Assembly: GCA_963774475.1 (NCBI GenBank)
Contig: CAVZFF010000006.1
Span: 667,971 to 731,970, forward strand
DNA length: 64,000 nt
Direction: 5' to 3'
From: an uncultured Gammaproteobacteria bacterium
Lineage (GTDB): Bacteria; Pseudomonadota; Gammaproteobacteria; Steroidobacterales; Steroidobacteraceae
The translations under genes and the position numbers were made by a program. Below are positions 55,845-63,086 of the stretch, one piece after another (the stretch's first letter is position 1; each line of letters opens with the position of its first letter). The notes beneath the pieces are model-generated. The model was not told the DNA's origin and did no database searches. It worked only from the letters and a program-made list of their open reading frames with translations.

Positions 55845-57246
55845 GTCGACCGCGCTGACACCGGCGCAGATCGCCGCGCGCCTCGACCGTTTGCCCGCAT
55901 CACGCGCCGTTTGGACGATCGTCGTTCTGATCTCACTTGGCGCGGTGTTCGAGTTTTATGATTTGTTTTTTACCGCCTATGTGGCTCCCGGCATGATGCA
56001 ATCGGGCTTGTTTACACCGGATTCGCTGGGAATTTTCGCGTCGCTGCAATTCATCGAGGTCGCCGGCGTCGGCACATTCGTGTTTTCGACGTTTGCCGGT
56101 CTGTGGATCGGCGTGGTAGCGCTTGGCCAGGCGGCGGATCGCTACGGCCGCAAGCCGGTGTTCACCTGGTCGTTGCTTTGGTACGTGAGCTGCACGGCGA
56201 TCATGGCGTTTCAAACGTCGGGACAGTGGTTGAACTTCTGGCGATTGCTTGCGGGAGTCGGTTTCGGCGTGCAACTGGTCACCATAGACACCTACATCGT
56301 CGAGATCACGCCGCGTGCGCAGCGGGGACGCGCGTTTTGCGTCAATCAATGCATCTCGTTCGGCATCGTGCCCGTGGTAGCCCTGCTGGCATGGCTGTTG
56401 GTCCCGCTGCGGCCGTTCGGACTCGATGGGTGGCGATGGGTCGTGCTGTTCGGCTCGGCGGGCGCAATCGTCGTGTGGGCGCTGCGCGCCGGCATACCGG
56501 AGAGTCCGCGCTGGCTTGCCTCGCAGGGCCGCATCGAAGAGGCCGATGCAATCGTCGGCGCGATCGAGCGCAAAGTCGAAATGGAGAATGGGGGTTCCCT
56601 GCCGGTGCCGCAGGCCGCGCCGCTCGAACCCGGCGGGGCGCCCAAGCTCGCCGATATCTTTGCACCCAAGTATCGCGGCCGTACCATCATGCTGTCGGTC
56701 TTCAACGCGGCCCAAGTCATCGGCTTCTATGGCTTTAACTCATGGGTTCCCACGCTGCTCATCGCGCGCGGCATCAGCATTACTCATGGACTCGAGTACG
56801 CGTTCATCATCGCGATCGCGCAGCCTTTCGGTCCGCTGCTCGGCAGCCTGTTTGCGGATGCGATCGAGCGAAAATTGCAGATCATCGCCGGACTTGCGTG
56901 CATGGGGGTCTTCATGACCGCATTTGCTTACGCAAATTCACCGCTGCTGCTCATCGTGATCGGCATCGGCTTTACGCTTGCGGCGAACGTCATGTCCTAC
57001 GCCTATCATGGCTATCAAGCAGAGCTGTTTCCGACCCGTATTCGCTCGCGCGCCGTCGGTTTCGTCTATTCCTGGAGCCGTCTCGCGGCGGCGTTCGCAG
57101 GACTCATCATCGGGGAACTGCTCGCCACCGGCGGAGTGCCGGCCGTCGCCATATTCATCGGCGGCGCGATGTGCGTGGGTATCGCGGTGATCGGAATATT
57201 TGGCCCGGCCACGAACGGGCGGGGCTTGGAACAGTTGAACGCGTAG
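55801..57246 (+). CDS. MFS transporter (metabolite:H+ symporter-like)
   Basis: 12-TM profile, DRYGRKP loop motif. Start uncertain (ATG 55801 overlaps the FAH gene by 44 nt; an in-frame TTG lies near 55834). Confidence 0.8.
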   Translation: MRGSTCGLGRKLLDKSTALTPAQIAARLDRLPASRAVWTIVVLISLGAVFEFYDLFFTAYVAPGMMQSGLFTPDSLGIFASLQFIEVAGVGTFVFSTFAGLWIGVVALGQAADRYGRKPVFTWSLLWYVSCTAIMAFQTSGQWLNFWRLLAGVGFGVQLVTIDTYIVEITPRAQRGRAFCVNQCISFGIVPVVALLAWLLVPLRPFGLDGWRWVVLFGSAGAIVVWALRAGIPESPRWLASQGRIEEADAIVGAIERKVEMENGGSLPVPQAAPLEPGGAPKLADIFAPKYRGRTIMLSVFNAAQVIGFYGFNSWVPTLLIARGISITHGLEYAFIIAIAQPFGPLLGSLFADAIERKLQIIAGLACMGVFMTAFAYANSPLLLIVIGIGFTLAANVMSYAYHGYQAELFPTRIRSRAVGFVYSWSRLAAAFAGLIIGELLATGGVPAVAIFIGGAMCVGIAVIGIFGPATNGRGLEQLNA

Positions 57247-57387
57247 CCTAGACCGCCAAGCGATCCGGGCGTGCATTACGAGATGGCGGCGTCAACCTAG
57301 GTTCTGGGGGGGGACGATCATGATCGGCGATCCTCAAAAAAACCTCCGTCGGCAAGCATTGGATATTTCGCGCTGATCCCGCTCATT

Positions 57388-57831
57388 TTGGGCATCGTTC
57401 TGGTCGCCATCAGCCTATCGGACATCACGGCGTTGCGACGCCTGGACCTCAGTGGCTCGAGTGCGACCGGCACGGTCGTCGATCTGCTGAAGATCGAGAT
57501 GCGCCGGGGATCTGCTTACTGCCCCTTGGTTCGATTCACGACCACCAGCGGCACTGTCGTGCAGTTCAAGGACAGTGCGTGCGGCGGCCCACGCGATCAT
57601 CACGTGGGGGAAGAGGTGCGTGTGCTCTACATCGCTGAAGCGCCGGCGGAGAGCGCGGCCGTCGACCGGGGTCAATCCGGCTGGTTTATTTCCGCCTTCA
57701 TGGGTCTGATTGGCGCCCTGTCAATTTGGCTTTCGATAAGGTTCACGCTCGGGCTAAGGCGCGCCAGACGCGATTTTGAACTCAAACGCTTCGCCCAAGT
57801 CGCTGCCGCGGATCCGTCCGCGCTGCGCTGA
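57388..57831 (+). CDS. DUF3592-like membrane protein, N-terminus apparently disrupted
   Basis: TM, then a beta-rich segment (ATGTVVDL...PLVRFTTTSGTVVQF...VGEEVRVLY), then a TM, as in DUF3592. The track start (TTG) falls inside the first TM helix. See the homopolymer finding. Confidence 0.65.
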   Translation: MGIVLVAISLSDITALRRLDLSGSSATGTVVDLLKIEMRRGSAYCPLVRFTTTSGTVVQFKDSACGGPRDHHVGEEVRVLYIAEAPAESAAVDRGQSGWFISAFMGLIGALSIWLSIRFTLGLRRARRDFELKRFAQVAAADPSALR

Positions 57832-57909
57832 AGTCAATACAACGCCACGACCAAAAAAAGCTGCACTGACCGGACCCACGGAATCGCGCGAGTCAGGAGC
57901 GCTTCAGCA

Positions 57910-58095
57910 TCAAATTGTGGATCGGCGGCCCTCCGTCGGCTGCGAACCCCCGTCGCTGTCCCATTGAGCCGTCGCCTTGTTCTGTTCGGTACGCGCCCAC
58001 GCATCGCGCGGGGGTCTGCGCGTCTTGTGCAGCACGTAAATGGCTGCGCCAATCGCGCCGATTAGAAAAATCTCGTTTCGATTCAAGAAGCTCAT
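57910..58095 (-). CDS. Small hypothetical membrane protein
   Basis: 61-aa ORF with GGAGG 9 nt upstream of the ATG. One hydrophobic helix (IFLIGAIGAAIYVL). Last gene of a minus-strand small-gene string. Confidence 0.45.
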   Translation of the reverse strand: MSFLNRNEIFLIGAIGAAIYVLHKTRRPPRDAWARTEQNKATAQWDSDGGSQPTEGRRSTI

Positions 58096-58114
58096 TCACC
58101 TGCGCCTCCGCATT

Positions 58115-58285
58115 TCAATTCAGCCGGCCGCGCACGACACGCAGCGCACGTTGCCAAGCCGCGGCCTGCGGCACGGGATCCGGCAGATCACGTGGAGTTT
58201 GATTCTGGTACGGATTCTGATCCGGTCGTTCGCGATCCGGTGGTAGTTCGCGACCCGACACCGTCAGCACGCGTTCGATGCGCAT
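58115..58285 (-). CDS. Small hypothetical ORF (56 aa)
   Basis: Hand-translated (below the track cutoff): MRIERVLTVSGRELPPDRERPDQNPYQNQ... ATG lies 3 nt after the upstream stop (TGAGCCATG). No family recognised. Confidence 0.25.
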   Translation of the reverse strand: MRIERVLTVSGRELPPDRERPDQNPYQNQTPRDLPDPVPQAAAWQRALRVVRGRLN

Positions 58286-58288
58286 GGC

Positions 58289-58540
58289 TCAGATCCTCCG
58301 AGCGATCAGCAAACCGGCGGCCAAACTCAGCAGCGCGGCGATACCGATCGCATGCCAGGGCCGCGCACGAACGAACTCGTCGGCCCTACCTACGGCCTCG
58401 CGCGCCCTCTGCGCGAGGGTGCTGGCATCATAAAAGACCTCGTCGGCCCAAATTGACGGATCCGCAGCCGATTTCGCGCCTAAGCCCCCGATATGCAAGT
58501 CTCTTTTCGGGGTGTATACAGTATCGCTCGCCATAGTCAT
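58289..58540 (-). CDS. DUF883/ElaB/YqjD-like tail-anchored protein
   Basis: ATG 58540 preceded by GGAGG. C-terminus FVRARPWHAIGIAALLSLAAGLLIARR matches the ElaB/YqjD signature (..NPW.A.G.AA..G...G.L..RR). Confidence 0.7.
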   Translation of the reverse strand: MTMASDTVYTPKRDLHIGGLGAKSAADPSIWADEVFYDASTLAQRAREAVGRADEFVRARPWHAIGIAALLSLAAGLLIARRI

Positions 58541-58666
58541 GACAGGACCTCCGCAGGGAATTGGGTCGATGCTCCGAATCGGCATTGTGCCGAGGGTGCC
58601 CATGTCGCGCCGTCGGCGGGCCTCTCTGCCTTGCGTAGGATTTCTCTCACGCGATCTGCGATCGCG

Positions 58667-59296
58667 CTAGTTCAGAAAACGGAACGACCGCAGTACTTGG
58701 CCCAGGCGATGCTCAACCCTTGCGTCGTCTCGCGCCGTAAATTCCTCGAAAGTTCCGGGGTCGTAGGCCGTCGTGTTGACCTGGACTCGCTGAATCCCGA
58801 TTTCGTAACACTTGCCTTGATGGAACACACGATAAATGACGGAATCGCGAGCATGCATCATCCAATGGTCCACGGTGCGAAATTGTGCCGACGGCTCATC
58901 GGCGAGCGTCGAGTTCGCGCTGCTTTCGGTCTGCCAGGCAGGATCCGCTTGAAGACAGACTGGTGCGGTCGAGCCGCTTTCCACTTCGGCGACGAAAAAC
59001 GCAGCGGCACCAAACGCCACTTTTTTGGAGAATTCGTCGTGAGGGTAAGCGACACACGCGGCCGTGCTCGCCGAGGGCAAAGCCTGGTCCTCGCAAACAC
59101 CATTCTGGCAAGAAGGAAATGGAATCCATTCATTGCCGCCTTCCGCGCTAGTGGGCACCCTCGCGCAGCGCACTAACGGCGAATCGTAGTTGAATTGAAA
59201 CGCTCCTTTTGGGGTCGTGAATACCTGCGCCGTCGTTTGAGCCAAAAGTGGGCTCGAGATGCCCAGCACGAGAATCGCTGCAACAAGTATTTTCAT
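58667..59296 (-). CDS. Exported Cys-containing hypothetical protein
   Basis: Clear signal peptide MKILVAAILVLGISSPLLAQT. 209 aa. No family recognised. Confidence 0.65.
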   Translation of the reverse strand: MKILVAAILVLGISSPLLAQTTAQVFTTPKGAFQFNYDSPLVRCARVPTSAEGGNEWIPFPSCQNGVCEDQALPSASTAACVAYPHDEFSKKVAFGAAAFFVAEVESGSTAPVCLQADPAWQTESSANSTLADEPSAQFRTVDHWMMHARDSVIYRVFHQGKCYEIGIQRVQVNTTAYDPGTFEEFTARDDARVEHRLGQVLRSFRFLN

Positions 59297-59488
59297 CGGA
59301 GCGATCCGATATCGAGGAAGCGGGATTTAGGGCATGCGGGCTGCATTTTGACCGTTTTTAAGGAGCCATAAATCGCGTGCGCGGCTTGAAAAAGCTAATT
59401 TCCGACCCCATAAAGCAAAATGGACCCCGATTTTGGGGCAGGGTATGTTGCGGCGCTCATATTCTTTAGATATACACTTGGGAACGCA

Positions 59489-60436
59489 ATGCTCAATCGG
59501 ACCAAATTGTGGATCGCGGCAATCGCCGTCGTAATCGCCGTCGCAATCGGCGGCGGGAACACCGCGCTCGCGGCTGCGCCGCGGGGCCCGTGCGGCGATT
59601 CGTTGACGCAAGGGATACCGGCGCGCGCCGAGGATGCGCCCGGCGGGCAAGCATTTGCCGAACAAATCCGTGGACTTTCCGACGAGGAACGTGAAACGCA
59701 AATTCGGCGCGAATTGCGCGCAGGCAACATCCCCAATTTCCTGCGCCAGCTCGTACCGATCCGACTCCAGTCGCCGCTCTTGGATGGAAAGCTAGTCGAC
59801 ATCATCGTTTGCGCAGCTCCCGATTATCTCGCGATTGGCTCGGACGATGACTTTCTCATGATTCCGATGCGCCTTGCGACGGCACTGGCAACGGCATCGG
59901 AATATGGTTTTACCTTGCCCACCACGCAACTGGTTGATGCCATTTATGCTCAAGCAGCGGTGCATTTCGTTCCGCAACCGTTGCCGGCCGGTAACGAGAT
60001 GCGCTCAACCGATTATTCCTTGCGTCACAATGATCTGATTGCGGCCCAACGCGCGGCGCTCGGCGTTTCATTGGGGGCATTGAGCGCCGGTGACAAAAAA
60101 GATTTGGTGCTGACAAATCGATTACGAGACCATCTCGATCGCGTCGCCATATATGGTTGGCATACGGCCGACGGCAAGCCCATTCAATCCTTGAGTACGG
60201 TTCACGGCTGGCGCTATGCGGACTACAGCCATGGCGCGCGGCTGATCAGTACGCAAGTCTTTATCGACGGCAAGCCGAGATCGATCTTTGAGATCATGCA
60301 GGATAGTCGTTTGGCGGGAGCCCTCAGCAAAGAGGGGGTTGTATCCGACGTGCTCGGATTAATCAAGAATTTGAATACGCAGGCGCAAGCGACGATCGCC
60401 GCCATCGTGCCGACACTGCGACCTAGATTCCCCTAG
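59489..60436 (+). CDS. Exported/anchored hypothetical protein (315 aa)
   Basis: Internal ATG of track ORF 59420. N-terminal hydrophobic anchor LWIAAIAVVIAVAIGG. No family recognised. Confidence 0.65.
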   Translation: MLNRTKLWIAAIAVVIAVAIGGGNTALAAAPRGPCGDSLTQGIPARAEDAPGGQAFAEQIRGLSDEERETQIRRELRAGNIPNFLRQLVPIRLQSPLLDGKLVDIIVCAAPDYLAIGSDDDFLMIPMRLATALATASEYGFTLPTTQLVDAIYAQAAVHFVPQPLPAGNEMRSTDYSLRHNDLIAAQRAALGVSLGALSAGDKKDLVLTNRLRDHLDRVAIYGWHTADGKPIQSLSTVHGWRYADYSHGARLISTQVFIDGKPRSIFEIMQDSRLAGALSKEGVVSDVLGLIKNLNTQAQATIAAIVPTLRPRFP

Positions 60437-60579
60437 GCATGCGCGGCTGACGCCACCGCGCAAGGCCCGGCGGCGCGCGGTCCCGGCAGGGATAAACCCG
60501 TATTGCGGCGATACTTCCGCGCATACCGTTGCACGCCAATGGCGGCTACGTTACGAGTGATGAGTAGCGTGTACCGTTC

Positions 60580-61623
60580 ATGCCGCAGCCACTAGTCCTC
60601 ATTACCGGTGGCGCGGGGTTTCTCGGCATTAATCTATGCCGCCACCTACTGGCGCATGGATATGGCGTCAGGTCGATGGATATCGCGCCCTTCGATTATC
60701 CGGACCGAAATACGGTGGACGTCATGCAGGCGGACATTCGCGACAGGGGCGCGGTCGAGCGCGCGATGGCCGGAGTCGACGTCGTCGTGCATTGCGCGGC
60801 GGCTCTGCCGCTGGCGAGCAAGGCGGAGATCCAATCCACCGATGTCGGGGGCACTCAAATGCTGCTCGAGATCGCGGCGCGCGATAGGGTCCGGCGCTTC
60901 ATCTTCATCTCGTCGACGTCCGTGTACGGCATCCCCGATCATCATCCGGTCTACGAGCAAGACCGATTGCAGGGTGTTGGACCGTATGGCGAAGCAAAAA
61001 TCAGCGCGGAAGCGTTATGCCTCGAAGCGAGAGCGCGAGGGCTTTGCATCCCCATTCTTCGTCCCAAGAGCTTTGTCGGCCCCGAGCGGCTCGGCGTTTT
61101 TGAACTGTTGTACGACTGGGCCTACTCGGGAAGGAATTTTCCGGTGCTGGGTTCGGGAAATAACCGATATCAACTCCTGGATGTCGCGGATTTATGCGAT
61201 GCCATTTTACTGTGCATCCTGCGGGACGCGGAACTGGTCAATGACACCTTCAACGTGGGCGCAAAGGTGTTCGGCAGCATGCGCGACAATTTCCAATCGG
61301 TGCTCGATCGGGCCGGACACGGGAAGCACGTCATCGGACTACCCGTCACACCGGTGATCGGCGTGCTCAAGGTGCTCCAGGCGTTGCATCTGTCGCCGCT
61401 GTACCAATGGATTTATGATACGGCGGCGCTGGAAAGTTTTGTGTCGATCGAGCGAATCGAACGGCAGTTGGGATTCGATCCAAAATTCTCCAATCGTATG
61501 GCGCTCGCGCGAAACTACGACTGGTACGTCGAACATCGCTCCGAGTATCAGGGAAAAACCGGGCTCACGCATCGTCTTCCTTGGAGGAAGGGGGCGCTGC
61601 AGTTGGCGAAGTGGTTGTTTTGA
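60580..61623 (+). CDS. NAD-dependent epimerase/dehydratase (extended SDR)
   Basis: VLITGGAGFLGINLCRHLL Rossmann motif, SSTSVYG, YGEAK (YxxxK). Confidence 0.85.
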   Translation: MPQPLVLITGGAGFLGINLCRHLLAHGYGVRSMDIAPFDYPDRNTVDVMQADIRDRGAVERAMAGVDVVVHCAAALPLASKAEIQSTDVGGTQMLLEIAARDRVRRFIFISSTSVYGIPDHHPVYEQDRLQGVGPYGEAKISAEALCLEARARGLCIPILRPKSFVGPERLGVFELLYDWAYSGRNFPVLGSGNNRYQLLDVADLCDAILLCILRDAELVNDTFNVGAKVFGSMRDNFQSVLDRAGHGKHVIGLPVTPVIGVLKVLQALHLSPLYQWIYDTAALESFVSIERIERQLGFDPKFSNRMALARNYDWYVEHRSEYQGKTGLTHRLPWRKGALQLAKWLF

Positions 61624-61649
61624 CCACAACGGGCGCAGGTGAAACGGTA

Positions 61650-63086
61650 ATGCCGCCGGAACATCCGGCACTCGATCGCGTGCCGATCGCGGTGGACCTC
61701 GATGGCACGCTGCTGCGCACCGATTCCCTGATCGAATCGATATTCGTAATGGCGCGCACGAAACCGCTGAGCTTGTTCCGCTTGCCCGTTTGGTGGGTCG
61801 GGGGCGCGGCCGGCTTCAAGCGCCACTTGGCCGCGACTGCAATGCCGGATGTGCATTTGCTTCCGCATCACGACGAACTTTTGGCGTTTCTAGATGAACA
61901 AAAAAATATCGGCCGCCCGTTGATACTCGCAACCGCCGCGGACGAAAAGTTGGCCCGCGAGGTCGGCCGCGATGTCGGATTGTTCGATGAGATCCTCGCG
62001 AGCGACGGCCATACGGCGTTGAGGGGCAAGCACAAGCGGGACCGCCTGGTTGCCGAGTGGGGGCTCAAGGGATTCGATTACATCGGCAGCGGAGTTCGCG
62101 ATTATCCGGTGTGGTGCGCGGCGCGCCGAGCGCTGCTGGTCTCACCGTCGCGGCATCTGGAGCACAAGGTCGCCAAGGTCACGCCCGTGGAGAGGGTCTT
62201 TCGAGAACCCGAGGCGCGGTGGCGGGACTACCTGCACGCATTGCGGCCTCATCACTGGGTCAAGAGTTTTCTGGTGTTCATGCCGCTCGCGATGGCGCAT
62301 CGGCTCTTTGAAGCCGAGCTGTCGCTGCGAGCCTCGCTGGCATTCGTAGCGTTCAGCCTTTGCGCCTCGGGTCAGTACCTGCTCAATGATTTGCTGGATC
62401 TGCCCGCCGATCGGCGTGATCCGCGCAAGAGGGAAAGGCGATTGGCATCGGGCCGGATCAAACTTGCTTATACGCTTTTATTGATGCCGCTGATTCTGAT
62501 TGCTGCGTTTGCGATCGCGCTGCATCTATCGATTGGTGTAGCCGGCGTGCTCGCGCTCTACCTGCTGCTCATGATCGCATATTCGATGAAGCTCAAGGAT
62601 ATCCCGATCGTGGACGCATTGGTGCTCGCGGGCGGCTATGCGCTACGGGTCGCGGCGGGTGCGGTGGCGGTGAATATAGGGGTTTCCCCTTGGCTGTTGA
62701 CCTTTTGCGTGTTTCTGTTCTTCAGTCTCGCGCTCATCAAGCGCTATGCGGAACTCGTTGCCAAGGAGTCGACGCCGGGTCCGGCCCACGTGCGCGGCTA
62801 TTTTGGCGGCGATAAAGTCGTACTCGTGGCGCAGGGAATCGCGAGCGGATATCTCGCCGTATTGGTCTTGGCTCTTTACACGAACACCGAGATCAGCCGC
62901 CACTTCTATGCGCGACCGGATTTCATCTGGGGAATTTGTCTGGCGCTGCTCTATTGGGTCAGCTATCTGTGGATGATGGCGACCCGCGGGCGCATCCATG
63001 ACGATCCGGTGATTTTCGCGCTCTCCGACCGCATGAGTCTCTGCACGATCGGATTCGCGGCATTGTTTTCCTTACTGGCGTTATGA
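61650..63086 (+). CDS. HAD-phosphatase :: UbiA-family polyprenyl-phosphate (phosphoribosyl)transferase fusion
   Basis: ATG 61650 after AGGTGA. N-domain: VDLDGTLLRTDS (HAD motif I), ILATAAD, GSGVRDYP. C-domain: polytopic, with NDLLDLPADRRDPRKRERRLASG Asp-rich motif. Confidence 0.8.
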   Translation: MPPEHPALDRVPIAVDLDGTLLRTDSLIESIFVMARTKPLSLFRLPVWWVGGAAGFKRHLAATAMPDVHLLPHHDELLAFLDEQKNIGRPLILATAADEKLAREVGRDVGLFDEILASDGHTALRGKHKRDRLVAEWGLKGFDYIGSGVRDYPVWCAARRALLVSPSRHLEHKVAKVTPVERVFREPEARWRDYLHALRPHHWVKSFLVFMPLAMAHRLFEAELSLRASLAFVAFSLCASGQYLLNDLLDLPADRRDPRKRERRLASGRIKLAYTLLLMPLILIAAFAIALHLSIGVAGVLALYLLLMIAYSMKLKDIPIVDALVLAGGYALRVAAGAVAVNIGVSPWLLTFCVFLFFSLALIKRYAELVAKESTPGPAHVRGYFGGDKVVLVAQGIASGYLAVLVLALYTNTEISRHFYARPDFIWGICLALLYWVSYLWMMATRGRIHDDPVIFALSDRMSLCTIGFAALFSLLAL

